This document shows positions 12,144 to 24,025 of a stretch of 64,000 nt of DNA, piece after piece. The stretch is from assembly GCA_963833425.1 (NCBI GenBank), contig CAWHXP010000009.1, forward strand, positions 1 to 64,000, in the 5' to 3' direction. The notes beneath the pieces were generated by a model. That model saw only the letters and a list, made by a program, of their open reading frames with translations. It was not told the origin of the DNA and searched no databases. Both the position numbers and the translations under genes were made by a program. The first letter of the stretch is position 1. Each line of letters begins with the position of its first letter. The stretch comes from an uncultured Methanosarcinaceae archaeon. GTDB taxonomy: Archaea; Halobacteriota; Methanosarcinia; Methanosarcinales; Methanosarcinaceae.

Positions 12144-12395
12144 TTAATTATCAACATAGTCGTCTACAATTTTATCAAAATTATCGATATTGCCTACAAA
12201 TATATGTTTTCCCTTCTTTATTTTCTCTAATTTATCAATGTATTCTGGACTAAATGCAGGTTCAAGAATTTTTTCTTCGTACTGAGACATAACTAGGTCA
12301 ATAGCGGCACTCTTATCTTTTAAGTTGTACTTAGCTTTTATAATGTTCAACAACTGGTTAGAATGCTGACTTATATTTATTTTTGCTTGCACCAT
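12144..12395 (-). CDS. DUF2683-like antitoxin
   Basis: MVQAKINISQHSNQLLNIIKAKYNLKDKSAAIDLV...LEPAFSPEYIDKLEKI. Immediately upstream of the RelE-like toxin. Confidence 0.75.
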   Translation of the reverse strand: MVQAKINISQHSNQLLNIIKAKYNLKDKSAAIDLVMSQYEEKILEPAFSPEYIDKLEKIKKGKHIFVGNIDNFDKIVDDYVDN

Positions 12396-12685
12396 ACATC
12401 TCACATAGATATTGTGGGTATATGTTGTATATATACATAACACAGTATGCTGTTTTTATTGATTTTATTTTTCATTTCGTGCCACTCTTTCTGACTTAAA
12501 ATCGTCGTCTACAGACCATATAAAAAGTGTCTATATGTTTCTTAGCATTTTTTTTGCATTTACTAGGTATAAATCGGTAGAATCTTGAATATTCCTATAA
12601 ACTATGGAATGATTGAGTTTACAAACACATAGGCAAAAATTGATAGTGTCGCGAATTTGCCGTAAATGCAAGGTTGGATTTCTGT

Positions 12686-13999
12686 TTACGGTTTTAAATT
12701 TTGTTCTTCGGGCATAAACTTTTCTACCCAACGACTTTTAGGTATTTTGATTTTACACTTCTGTGATATATCTAGGATTGCAGCTATTCCGCCAAACGCT
12801 ATCATAAGTTGAGAGCCTTCGTCGAAATCTGTTGATATAAAAGCAATCCTTGCATTGCCTTTATCAGCGAGTTCTGAGAATTCACCAACGATATCAACAA
12901 CATCTGTGACTTTAAATGCAGAACCGCATTGAGAGCAATTTCCTGCTACAGGAACAGCTTCACCGGGTTTCCATTTTCTTGTCCATTTTTTCTCATATCC
13001 ACAAACATTGCATTTGATAGTTACTCTTTCGGATCGTAAGTCTTCAGAAAGTAAAAGTACATCAACTGCATTTATTTCAAGATTTGCCCGCACATTGTCT
13101 TCTCCATAGGATACTTTACCAGACTCAGTAGCGATCTCTTTAAAAAATACTTCCATATCTTTCTTTTGCTGAATTAAATCAATACCCTGGAGCGTATCCT
13201 CTGCTGCATTTATTAACTCAGAAAAACCTGATTCATCCGTATATCCTGTATCAAATAATCCAAGAACCTTTTTCCGAAGCTCATAATGTAGAAATTCACC
13301 TTCATTGAACTCTTCTTTAGTTGGAGAATGCCCTCCTATAAGAATGCCTTTAAGTTCAGTTGGCTCTACTTCAAGGAATGCCTTACTAGCAGCATCTCCT
13401 ATCCTTTTGTAAAAATCATGAATAGCAATGCGTCTGAGTTGTTCAAATCGATGTGCACTCTGACCTCCTTTTCTTTGTTTGCCAGGGACAGTAGAGTGAA
13501 GATGTCTAAAAACATCAATTTGCTTACCTATAAGCATTCCAATAGTAGCTTCTCTTAAATCAAGAAGTAGAAGCCCATAAGTACTACATTCTCTGAGAAT
13601 TTCCTCAAGAGGCTTAATATAGAAAATAGAATCACAGTGATATGTGTAAGATATTATAGGTTCTGGAGGAATAAAAACTTCACTCTCCATGCTTGTCTTG
13701 TTAGCACCAATATCGACAGCCCCCGCAAAATAAACTATCCCATTTTCGGGTACTTTGTTAAGAGATCTTAACTTTGCCAACAAAGACTCAAGTGCTCCCT
13801 GTACGTTAGTTCTAGTAAGTTTAGAGGCAATGTTCGAAGCCTGTCCATGTTCTTCCCTCAAATGATTTGTAACATCTGAAATCTGTTTATCAGAAGGAAT
13901 ATAAAGGGAAATTAACTCTGTGCCCCTTCGACTTTTTCTTCTTAGAGTTTCAAGCCTCTTTTTTAAGTTATATTTTTCATATGTACACTGTTCAACCAT
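12686..13999 (-). CDS. prf1: Peptide chain release factor aRF1 paralog (NIAS variant, C-terminal frameshift)
   Basis: GTELISLYIP, ASNIASK, YHCDSIF, KGGQSAHRF and a zinc-ribbon insertion. Likely start MVEQ at 13999. A 1-bp loss near 12772 replaces the expected ILRYITEV* end. Confidence 0.92.
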   Translation of the reverse strand: MVEQCTYEKYNLKKRLETLRRKSRRGTELISLYIPSDKQISDVTNHLREEHGQASNIASKLTRTNVQGALESLLAKLRSLNKVPENGIVYFAGAVDIGANKTSMESEVFIPPEPIISYTYHCDSIFYIKPLEEILRECSTYGLLLLDLREATIGMLIGKQIDVFRHLHSTVPGKQRKGGQSAHRFEQLRRIAIHDFYKRIGDAASKAFLEVEPTELKGILIGGHSPTKEEFNEGEFLHYELRKKVLGLFDTGYTDESGFSELINAAEDTLQGIDLIQQKKDMEVFFKEIATESGKVSYGEDNVRANLEINAVDVLLLSEDLRSERVTIKCNVCGYEKKWTRKWKPGEAVPVAGNCSQCGSAFKVTDVVDIVGEFSELADKGNARIAFISTDFDEGSQLMIAFGGIAAILDISQKCKIKIPKSRWVEKFMPEEQNLKP

Positions 14000-15084
14000 T
14001 TCAGCTTTCCCTTGTCTTAAATAATATGGTTTTATGGACCTTTTTTGATTCCGTTGCAAAAAATCTTTTCTAATGACACAATAGAATAAAAAGAAAACCA
14101 AAGAAGAATATGCTATCTAATTCCTTTAAATGGAAGCATTATGAAGGAGAAATTATCCTATTGAATGTGAGATGTTACTTAAAATATCCTATTTGTGATT
14201 TTTTTCACTCGTTTTGTAAAATAGCCAGATTTTTTGCAACGGAACCAAAAAAACTATTTTAAGGGCTAATTAAATCATTCTTTAGATCAACAGAAAAAAA
14301 AGTAGCAATATCATCCAAGCTAATAAAGAGGTAAAAGAAATCTCATTTTGGAATTCGAGTATATAATCCGTCAATTTTATATATTCGTATATATAGACAT
14401 CCCCACAAAAGTTTGCTGCGGATACTGTTGCAAGAGTATTAGGCAACCAAAACGCCACACCACTTTCTGCCAGTTCAGTGAAGGGAAAATCGTGAACAAT
14501 CTCAGGAAAAACCCGAAATTTGTCCTGGAACTTTCGCCTCTAGTAAAGATTACAATGTAGCTATTTATATATAGTGAATATTAATAGCAACACACTTTGG
14601 AAATATTTTGGAGATTATGTGGGTAAATAGTTTAAGATCTTTTTAGAGATAACTTTTTATAACAAAAAATTCGATTTATATTTGGTATACTTTTACACTT
14701 TTTCCATAGTGACTGGGGGGTAATTCCACTGTATTTTATAACATACATTCCAACTTTTAACATTCGTTTAACATACAAAGCCAACTACTAAGATGTATAT
14801 CATATGAAAATGCATTGATTAATGCCCACCTTTTGAAAAAGTGAAGAGCATACAAAATTGCATTACATAATTTTTAAATTTCAAGTGTTTGTTGACGGAA
14901 AATGCATAAAAGCCACTCAATCGTATGAAAATATATCTTCTTTTTAAATCGGGGGTTTAAGCTGAAGAGTATATTTCCACTACCATTGAGAATTGGAATT
15001 AAAATCCGATAGCTTTGGAAACTGAATTTAACAATCAGTATATTTGGGAAATTTATGATTGAGTGGATACTATGGAGGATGTAT

Positions 15085-15609
15085 ATGATGAACAAAAATA
15101 TGGTTAAGAAACTAGGTATTTTCACATTAGCTCTTTTTGTCTTGTCAATGACAGGAGCGGCGGCCTTCAGTGACAGTACAAATTACAAAAAAACTCAGGA
15201 AATTTTCACAAACCCTAAGGTAAGCCTGACAGAAAATAATGTTGTAGAAGTGGTCCAGCTTGAACAGATAAACACAGCCCTCAAGAAAGGCCCAGTTTTG
15301 TTGAAAATCGGAGCTGAATGGTGCGAAGCTTGTCAGAATATGAAGCCTATCATTAACGAGCTGGCTACAGAATATAGAGGAACAGCAACTATCATGACTG
15401 CAGATGTAGATCAGAGCCCTAAACTTGCTGACTATTTTGGAGTAAGCTCTATACCCGACTGCTCTGTGATCGTGGGTATTGAAGATGGAAAATACGTTTA
15501 CATGCAGGAGAACGGAAAAGTTAGCACGGATAGGTCTCAGGCAAGAATTCTCGGACTGAATGATAAAACAGTGTTTGAAAAAGTTCTTGATTTTGCTATT
15601 CAGAAATGA
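15085..15609 (+). CDS. Secreted thioredoxin family protein
   Basis: Signal peptide plus WCEAC active-site motif, DVD and cis-Pro (SIP). Exact start uncertain. Confidence 0.85.
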   Translation: MMNKNMVKKLGIFTLALFVLSMTGAAAFSDSTNYKKTQEIFTNPKVSLTENNVVEVVQLEQINTALKKGPVLLKIGAEWCEACQNMKPIINELATEYRGTATIMTADVDQSPKLADYFGVSSIPDCSVIVGIEDGKYVYMQENGKVSTDRSQARILGLNDKTVFEKVLDFAIQK

Positions 15610-16505
15610 AAAGTCGTATCCGCAATTTATTGAACATGAACCCTAAATGCTTGTAATTCCTTTAAACTCCATGCGCGATTAATTATTTCCCGCCATTTAT
15701 GGAGTTTTTTGGAATGATTTTTGGTTTTCAAATTCAAATTTTAATTTTAATTAACTTTAGGTCATTGAAAGTATTCATACTATTTTAAAAAAATTAGGAA
15801 AATTCTGAAAATCTAATTTCTCTAATAATAATTATGAAACCAGCCAATCGTCAACCGATATACAATTATTTGAGGCTTGTTTTGTAGCAAAGGATTGTCT
15901 TTAATATTTGCAATGAGGGTTTAATCATCAACTCACAAATATGACTCAATATTAAGGCTATGATGGTGAAAAGGCTATGCTATGAAATACATGTCCACTT
16001 TATCCAGGGTTCGAGTATAGGTCTTAGCCTATACTTTTTTTATGCATAAGGAAACTAAATATATTTTTATAATTGAAAATAATCTCGAAACTCTCCAATA
16101 ATTAGCCCTACAAAGAACCAAAAGCGACTCGTACACAAAACCTCAAAAAAGTAGAACCAAATTGGACTTTAAAATGATATATAATAAATTCGCTTAAAGA
16201 ATGATTCTTCTTGAAATTCGATATTTTAATCAAGAGTTCAAATATCACTGGATCTTGGAATATAGTCTAAATATACCTATAATTATACACACCTATGTAT
16301 ATATAGCCCCTAAATTTGAACTAACAGCATGCTGAGGCACAAAAAAGTACCGATTGTGATTGTAGATGACAACACTATGTTTTTTTAGAGCTTTAAAAAA
16401 TACTGTTTGAAATTTTCCCAAGTATTAAATCTTATACTGTGGATTCTGCAATGTAACGCTTAAGATATGGATTATCATTAATCATAAAATTCTTGAGGTG
16501 AAGCT

Positions 16506-16870
16506 GTGAAAATACAGGCATTTTATACTAATTTTATTGCTGATTGTATCTTCTTAGTATCCAGCTGTATTCCCAATAAAGAAACTGTATCCACTAATAA
16601 AAACATATCTGAAGGAGCATCTTCAATTGCAGAATCGAGGATAAGGATGTCAGCCAATTGTCGACCAGAGTGCATTTCTGATTGCAGATGAAAAAGAGGT
16701 AATTGAAAACCGATCTTGCACCTTATTGAGTTCAAGAGATCAAAGAGTACGAGTTTCAGAAGGTCCACAGTTCTATGTGGATTGAATTACACTCGAAACC
16801 TCTGACAAAAGAAGATCTTTTTGATACGAGTTTCTATGAGAAAGCTATCAGTTCGAAAATTAAGCAGACG
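16506..16870 (+). pseudogene. ABC transporter substrate-binding lipoprotein (SsuA/NMT1-like) relic with a large internal deletion
   Basis: Pieces across frames: a lipoprotein-like leader, RIGCQP, KTDLAPY*VQEIKEYEF, joined directly to the C-terminal KPLTKEDLFDTSFYEKA. Confidence 0.5.
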
Positions 16871-17592
16871 AATTTAAAAATAAAAAGTCAAAGCAAAGTG
16901 TTCAATTGCCTTTTTTTTGAAGGAACGATTTGAAAAGGAGTCGATGGAAGTAGAAGGTGAGAAAAACCCTTGCTTAACACTTGTTATTATTTTACCCACA
17001 CCCAAAACTTCTCATTGCCTTCGCTTTTAATTAGGAATTCTACCATTGAAAGTTCGATGATAGATTTTAGACTATTATTTTTGATCTCTTTTTGGATCTA
17101 CATATAATTTTATGACAAACTTATAGTTATTATTTTTTAGTTTTATTTTACTTTATGTTATTAAACTAAAAATTGAAGACACAACAGAGGAAGAAAACAG
17201 TTATATGATGTAGAAAGCATTATACAATAAAAAGAATAATATGGAACACATATAATATTCTCATTTAGAGCTTTTCTAAGGTTGGAGTTACAAAGAATCA
17301 ATGACCTAGTTTATTGGCTCAAAAGTAAGACAAAAATTCAAAGAATAGCAAAACGTCATATATGAGCCAACCAAGATACAACTCAAATTTATTGTAATTT
17401 TAGATGTGTAACGAAAAAACAATGAGTATAAAATGATACTACATAAATCCTAGAAAAATTAGAAGACTAACTCATATCAAACTTTAAGAAATAATAAGGA
17501 ATATTCAGACAGGCTCTAAAGGTACTGACATTTATGAAGATGCTTTGCGTTAAGGAAATCCATAACTGAAACGAAATGGAAATTTTAAACAG

Positions 17593-18444
17593 GTGATTAA
17601 AATAACGGATCGGATTCAACCACTTGAAAGCTTATCTAAAAAGCCCCAAGAACCTAAAATTATAGTTAACCTCAGACGTATCAAGCGTAAGATCATGATA
17701 ATGAGCGGGAAAGGAGGAGTAGGGAAAAGCACAGTTGCCGCAAATCTATCCATCGGACTGGCTCTGCGTGGATATAAGGTGGGACTTCTTGACTGTGATA
17801 TTCATGGCCCGACTATTCCCACAATTTTCGGTTTGGAATCTGAGAGACCATCTGTTAACGAAGAAGGTATACTGCCAATCCAGGTCCTTCCCAATCTTTC
17901 GTTGATGTCTGTAGGTTTTCTGCTCGAAAGTAAAGATTCCCCTATCATCTGGAGAGGGCCTGCAAAAATGGGGGTTATCCAACAGTTCCTGGAAGATGTT
18001 ATCTGGGGAGAACTTGATTTTCTGATTATAGACCTGCCTCCGGGTACAGGAGACGAACCTCTGGGCGTGGCTCAGCTGACCCCCAATTGTGATGGTTCAA
18101 TACTTGTTACAACTCCTCAGGACGTAGCTCTCATTAGCGTCCGCAAATCAATCCGATTTTCTGAGAAACTCAAGGTGCCTATTATAGGGCTTGTTGACAA
18201 CATGCATGGGTTGATCTGCCCTCACTGCGCCGAGCCGGTAGAAGTGTTTGGAACTGGTGGTGTCGAAAAAGCCTCAAAAGATTTTAACATCCCTATCCTT
18301 GCAAGGCTTCCAATAGAGCCAAAGATCGCAGAAATGGAAGATAAGGGTACAGTTGTTCGGGAACTGCTTGAACACAATACTGAATGGCAGAAAAATTTTG
18401 AATATATTGTGAGTGCGGTAGAAAAAACCCTCGACGAAAAATAA
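17593..18444 (+). CDS. Mrp/NBP35 (ApbC) iron-sulfur cluster carrier ATPase
   Basis: SGKGGVGKST, DCDIHGP, IIWRGP, DLPPGTGDE, CPHC. Confidence 0.93.
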   Translation: MIKITDRIQPLESLSKKPQEPKIIVNLRRIKRKIMIMSGKGGVGKSTVAANLSIGLALRGYKVGLLDCDIHGPTIPTIFGLESERPSVNEEGILPIQVLPNLSLMSVGFLLESKDSPIIWRGPAKMGVIQQFLEDVIWGELDFLIIDLPPGTGDEPLGVAQLTPNCDGSILVTTPQDVALISVRKSIRFSEKLKVPIIGLVDNMHGLICPHCAEPVEVFGTGGVEKASKDFNIPILARLPIEPKIAEMEDKGTVVRELLEHNTEWQKNFEYIVSAVEKTLDEK

Positions 18445-18572
18445 GTGGGATGAAAATTTGAAGACCAGTAAATAATAAAAAGTCACGCAAATTTTGAATT
18501 TTGGAATAAGCTCAAATAAAAAGTATTTATAGAGCAGGCTTACTTAGAAATTTAGTCATTTTCGTACATACT

Positions 18573-18803
18573 TTAAAGCCAGTCTATGATTTTAGGCCAG
18601 AGTGACAATGAAATTATCATTGTAAGTACAAAAACAAAAATTGAGCCTGCAGTCATATCTACCTGAGTATAAGCCACTCCTCCCCTGATGACATTAGCTG
18701 AAATAGCCCCAAAAAGGAAAAAAATTACAAGCACTAATGAAGTGGCAATGCTTGTTAGAAGCACTAATCTATTATTATTGCCCTCTGATACCGATTTCAC
18801 CAT
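18573..18803 (-). CDS. Small membrane protein (2 TM)
   Basis: Two hydrophobic segments, GGAG RBS, downstream of copA. Confidence 0.65.
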   Translation of the reverse strand: MVKSVSEGNNNRLVLLTSIATSLVLVIFFLFGAISANVIRGGVAYTQVDMTAGSIFVFVLTMIISLSLWPKIIDWL

Positions 18804-19005
18804 ATAACTCCCATCAATCTATAGAATTGTAAAAATACTCCAAAGTGTCGATCTAAGCATCTTTTCAGGGAAATGTACTTATTTGAGAGATTCTCTCAGT
18901 AGTTAATCTTTGCCAGCAATTACTCTGATACATTATTTTCTGCGATCTCTTTAAATGTGTCTCAAATATGTTTCAAATAAATCAGCTTCGAACTATTTTC
19001 CTAGT

Positions 19006-21876
19006 TTATTTAAGTTTACTTCTTTTCATTAGTAGGGAATTGGTCGTTACTGAAATTGAACTGAGGGCCATTAAGGCGGCAGCAAGCTCAGGCGTGATCA
19101 GAATCCTGTTATAGATTGGATAAAGAATTCCCGCTGCGATAGGAATACCTATAGTGTTGTACCCAAAAGCCCATACAAGGTTTTCCTTGATCTTGTGAAT
19201 AGTAAGCCGACTTAGCTTAAGGGCCGCGACCACGTCTCTTGGATCATTTTTTATAAGTACAATTTTTGCGGATTCCATTGCCACATCTGTCCCCGCTCCC
19301 ATCGCGATTCCAACATCAGATTGAATTAGGGCAGGAGCGTCATTAATGCCGTCCCCTACCATTCCAACAAGCTTACCCTCTTTCTGGAGTTTTTTTATTT
19401 CATTGGCTTTATCTTCAGGCAATACTTCAGCAAGCACCCTGGAAATTCCCACCTCTGCTGCAATTGCACTTGCAGTAACAGCATTGTCTCCGGTTATCAT
19501 AACAACTTCGATACCCATTTTTTCCAGAGTTTCAATTGCCTCTTTGGAGTTTTCCTTAAGAGTATCGGCAACTGCAACAAGACCTATGATTTCGTCTTCA
19601 TAAGCCACAAGCATTGCAGTTTTCCCATTTTCTTCAAATTCGCGCATTTTAGCTTCCAATTCCTTAAAGGAAATTCCGTTCTCTTCCATAAGTTTGCGGG
19701 TGCCAAGCAATATTCTTTTTTCTTCAAAGTCAGCTTCGATTCCTTTTCCGGGAATCGAATGAAAACTTGCCACATTTCCAAGGCCGATTTCTCTTTCCTC
19801 AGCCCCATTTACAATCGCTTCTCCAAGAGGATGTTCTGATCCTTTTTCAGCCGTAGCTGCTATATAAATAACTTCATTTTCCTCATGGCCCGGAACTACA
19901 AAAACATCTGTAAGCTTTGGAGCACCTTCTGTAAGGGTTCCTGTTTTGTCAAAAACGATAGTATCGAGTTTATGCGCCCTTTCAAGGGCTTCTCCTCCTT
20001 TTATAAGGATTCCATTCTCGGCACCTTTACCGGTACCTACCATAATAGCTGCAGGTGTTGCAAGTCCAACTGCGCAAGGACACGAGATTACAAGAATTGT
20101 AATGGCTATAAGCAGAGAAAAAAGAAAAGGACTGATTCCTCCGAGAGACGCAGATTCCCCTACTCCGTATCGCCAGTAACCTATGAAGAACCAGAAGAAA
20201 AAAGCAAGTAGGGCAAAAACATGTACGGTTACAATGAAGTTGCCAGCAAAAGCGTCCGCAACTCTCTGAATGGGAGCTTTAGTAGTCTGCGCAGTTTCCA
20301 CAAGCCTGATTATCTGAGCAAGGGCAGTGTCAGCTCCTACCTTTGTAGCCCTAAATTTAAAGGATCCAGTTTTGTTAAGAGTAGCCCCGATGACTGTATT
20401 ACCTGCACCTTTCTCCACTGGAATACTCTCGCCGGTAAGCATAGACTCGTCTACTGCCGAACTACCTTCCACAACGACCCCATCAACAGGTATTTTTTCT
20501 CCGGGCCGGACGACAACAATATCACCAACTGTCACCTCTTCTACAGGAATTTCTTTTTCTATGCCATTTACAATGATTCTTGATGTTTTTGCCTTGAGCC
20601 CCATTAGTTTTCGAATGGCTTCAGATGTCCGCCCCCGCGCTCTGACTTCGAGGTACCTCCCAAGTACAATGAAAACTATCAACAAAGCCACCGTGTCATA
20701 GTAGAGAGTATGATATCCCGGTCCCAGATCAAAAAATGTCGCTGCTACACTAATCAGGTAAGCAGCTCCGGTCCCTCCAGCAATTAATAAGTCCATATCA
20801 GTTACGCCGTGCCTGAAACCTTTGAAAGTCCCGACAAAAAACTGCCTGGCCGGAAAGAGGAGGACCAGACTAGACAGTATAAAAAGCACTATAGGATTGG
20901 AAAGGAAAGAGGGTACAAAAGAGAGTAAAGGAAATATCATACTCATATTCCCTAGAGATACCGGAATTCCCAAGACGAGAGCGACGATTAAATTATTTCT
21001 CTGCCTCAGGATTTCAGCATCCCGGGACATTTGCTCTCTGTCCTCATAATCTACAGTCTCAGCTTTAACAGATGCTCCATAGCCGATTCCCTGAACCACA
21101 ACGATAATTCCTCTAACTGAAATGCGGAACGAATCAAATTCTACAACTGCTTTTTCAAGCGGAAAGTTTACTGAAGCTGAAATCACGCCTTCTGTTTTAT
21201 TAAGAATTTTCTCAATGTTTGCAGCACAGGAAGCACAGCTCATTCCCTGAAGATTGAGAGTTACCTTATCTTTCTCTACCTTATATCCAATGGATTCGAT
21301 GGCTTCTTCAATTTCTTTGGGAGAGATGAGTGAAGGCTCAAAGCTAACTTTTGCCCTTCCGAGTTCAAGATTGACAGCTACCGAATCTACACCTTCTTTT
21401 TTCTTCAAAGTCTTCTCTATATTCAAGGCACAGGCTGAACAAGTCATGCCAGAGACTCCAAGGGTGATTTCTTTTAGGTCGGCTTTCTGGCTTGAGATTT
21501 GAGTTGCTTCTTTTTCTGTCGCCTCGCATGCTTCGTTCAGTCTACAAGCTTGAGAATTCTCTTTCGATTCTTTTGATACAGTATCAGTAGTTTCTGAAAT
21601 TGTGCCTTCTGCCTCTGAAGTAGCGGAGATTTCTGCTTGGCCCGTTGCCTGAACTTCTCGAGCCTCTTCTTCAATTTCGGTTGAGTATCCAGCTTTCCGG
21701 ATGGCGTCCTTTATAACATTCAAATTTACTTTTTTAGGATCAAAGTTGATAGTAGCACTTTTGGATTCGAGATCAAACTCGACTGATTTCACTCCTTCAA
21801 GTGAAGAAATAACATCAGCTACTTTTCTCTGGCAATGACCACAGGTCATACCATAAATTTCTATCGCAACTTCCAT
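19006..21876 (-). CDS. copA: Copper-translocating P1B-type ATPase with three HMA domains
   Basis: GMTCGHC, GMTCSAC and [37 protein letters not shown] motif. Confidence 0.96.
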   Translation of the reverse strand: MEVAIEIYGMTCGHCQRKVADVISSLEGVKSVEFDLESKSATINFDPKKVNLNVIKDAIRKAGYSTEIEEEAREVQATGQAEISATSEAEGTISETTDTVSKESKENSQACRLNEACEATEKEATQISSQKADLKEITLGVSGMTCSACALNIEKTLKKKEGVDSVAVNLELGRAKVSFEPSLISPKEIEEAIESIGYKVEKDKVTLNLQGMSCASCAANIEKILNKTEGVISASVNFPLEKAVVEFDSFRISVRGIIVVVQGIGYGASVKAETVDYEDREQMSRDAEILRQRNNLIVALVLGIPVSLGNMSMIFPLLSFVPSFLSNPIVLFILSSLVLLFPARQFFVGTFKGFRHGVTDMDLLIAGGTGAAYLISVAATFFDLGPGYHTLYYDTVALLIVFIVLGRYLEVRARGRTSEAIRKLMGLKAKTSRIIVNGIEKEIPVEEVTVGDIVVVRPGEKIPVDGVVVEGSSAVDESMLTGESIPVEKGAGNTVIGATLNKTGSFKFRATKVGADTALAQIIRLVETAQTTKAPIQRVADAFAGNFIVTVHVFALLAFFFWFFIGYWRYGVGESASLGGISPFLFSLLIAITILVISCPCAVGLATPAAIMVGTGKGAENGILIKGGEALERAHKLDTIVFDKTGTLTEGAPKLTDVFVVPGHEENEVIYIAATAEKGSEHPLGEAIVNGAEEREIGLGNVASFHSIPGKGIEADFEEKRILLGTRKLMEENGISFKELEAKMREFEENGKTAMLVAYEDEIIGLVAVADTLKENSKEAIETLEKMGIEVVMITGDNAVTASAIAAEVGISRVLAEVLPEDKANEIKKLQKEGKLVGMVGDGINDAPALIQSDVGIAMGAGTDVAMESAKIVLIKNDPRDVVAALKLSRLTIHKIKENLVWAFGYNTIGIPIAAGILYPIYNRILITPELAAALMALSSISVTTNSLLMKRSKLK

Positions 21877-22269
21877 TGGATATCCCGCCTATCCAGATTT
21901 TCATGACTGACTGAAATTTATTGAATATTTTTCAGGCTCTATTATTATATTATAACCAGTCTTCAGCAGCGTTATACTTATTATATGCTCATTAGTTATT
22001 TGGTTGTCAGAGGCTATGTTTACTGTCGTCCTGTCAAAAATATTTATATTTATTCTGGAAACCTGTTTAGTAGGGGTAACGAGTTTTGTGACAATGTACT
22101 TGTAGTACCTGTAGTAAACCGTGTCATCTACTATGAATGTCGCATCGCAGATTGGTTCAAACCCATTGAATCAGCTGTTTTTCAAACAGGCGCATTACTA
22201 TATAATTAAATCTGTACCTGTTATTATATAATTCGTTGAACAAATACACTCGATTCTAGCAATTCAAAA

Positions 22270-22476
22270 TTACAGGGGTTCATATCCAGCTTCACTAACT
22301 GCAGCCTTGATCTGTTCGAGACTTGTTTTCCTTTCTTCGTATTCAATAGCTACCTGTTTATCCCGAAGGTTTACTTCTACTTCCCACACGCCTTCCACAG
22401 ATTCAACTGCTTTTTTAACTTTCATCTCACAGTGACCGCAGGACATACCCTCTACTATAATTATTTCTTTAGTCAT
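22270..22476 (-). CDS. copZ: Copper chaperone
   Basis: 68-aa HMA domain GMSCGHC...EAGYE upstream of copA. Confidence 0.92.
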   Translation of the reverse strand: MTKEIIIVEGMSCGHCEMKVKKAVESVEGVWEVEVNLRDKQVAIEYEERKTSLEQIKAAVSEAGYEPL

Positions 22477-22829
22477 GGTTTCGATCTCCGATTAGCCGTT
22501 CAAACTATATTATCGAACAACTGAACACTAGAATTCTATAAAATAACAATTCACATAAAATATTTGATTAAATCAAATTGTCATTATAAATTTGAATGAA
22601 AATATTTGCTTAACTTCTCAATGAGTCAGAACATAATACTTTAAACTATTTACCGAATCTGTAAAAATTCAAGCACATCTTCTCTTATAATGTACAGATT
22701 AAAGATAAAATTTATTTTTATTACCGCATTAAATAAATAAGCTGAATAGAGCAGAAATTTAAGAGGTTATGAAATACCTTGAAACAATTTCTTCCAAAAA
22801 GAGAAAAATTTCGGCCAGAGTTCTCTTTT

Positions 22830-23062
22830 TTATTTTGAAATTTTGAACTCAGTCTTCACCCATCATCGGTTCAAATAAATATGTACCAATACGAGGGTAA
22901 CCAGACAGAAACCTGTGAGTAAGTGAATTTTCTCATCAGGATCGCGGAATCTTCCCATCCTAACAGCCCGACAAACAACAGCCTTAGGCCTGTTAACATT
23001 TGCGTCAAAAGTATAAGAAAGAGAGCAAAGTTAAGAATCTGAAGCTTAAGTTGTTTAGCTAT
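22830..23062 (-). pseudogene. DUF4405-like small membrane protein relic
   Basis: After a GAGGGG RBS (start decayed to ATA): AKQLKLQILNFALFLILLTQMLTGLRLLF..., then after a shift IHLLTGFCLVTLVLVHIYLNR*WVKTEFKISK*. Confidence 0.5.
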
Positions 23063-23072
23063 GCTGGCCCCC

Positions 23073-24025
23073 TCAACTTTTTAGTACTAAGGGGTTTACC
23101 ACGTTCTGAGGCTTGCCTTTAATAAACATCTCAACGTTCTCAATACTCATTTAAGTACACTCATCTAAAGATCTTCAGATAGAAAAGCAATGTGCTAAGT
23201 CAGAGCAACACATTATCCATCTGTAATAGTGAACTGTCGGAGGGTAACAGCTCCTTTTCAAAAACATCCAGTCCTGCTCCAGCAATCTTTTCATCCCTAA
23301 GAGCTTCTATGAAAGCATCTTCATTGACCGCCTTTCCCCTTGCGGTATTGATCAGTATAGCAGTGAGCCTCATCTTTGCCAATTCCCTGAAACTTATCAT
23401 GTGCTCTGTTTCGAATGTCAGTAGCACATGCAGTGTAACTATATCGCTCTCTGAGAGCAGGGTATCCAGATCTACTACCTCTACTCCTAAAGCCTGTGCC
23501 CTTTCAGGATTAGAGTGAGTAGTGACAGAGAGTACGTTCATATCGAATCCACGAGCTATCTGTATTACCTTTTTCCGATGTAGCCCGTCCCCAGCACGCC
23601 TATAGTCTAGCTCATGAGCTGATTTCCCACATAGTACTTTCAATTGAATAACCCCTTCGGCAAGTTCGTATCAGCGAGACGGACTTTTCTTAACAAGCCC
23701 AGCGATAAAGCAAAAACAAATTCTGCCACCGAATCAAAATCGTAATTGGGAACATTCGATACAATGCCTCCACCCTCAGTAGTTCCTTCAAATCTACATT
23801 TCGAAGCCTGTCTGCCACAGGGATATCATCTTCTGCTTAGGCGCAGAACGCAGAGCTTTGGCATCAACGCCGTATCTTCCTACTATTATAACTTCAGCAT
23901 CTTTTATTCTTTCAACAAACTGTCTGAGAGACAGGCAAGCTGTCGTAGATTTTGAGCTCACCTAGGCTCCAAGACGCTCTCTGTATTCTGCTGTCAAAAA
24001 GGTAGGATCTGACTACTGTCTCCAT
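23073..24025 (-). pseudogene. D-isomer-specific 2-hydroxyacid dehydrogenase, degraded
   Basis: Fragments ERIKDAEVIIVGRY, SNVPNY, LINTARG, AGAGLDVFEKE and GKPQNVVNP across several frames. Confidence 0.85.

Noticed and set aside
19346..21502. Plus-strand ORFs inside copA (and similar antisense ORFs in the sulfatase, fumC, maeA and thi4 genes)
   Set aside because: Antisense shadows of well-supported genes.
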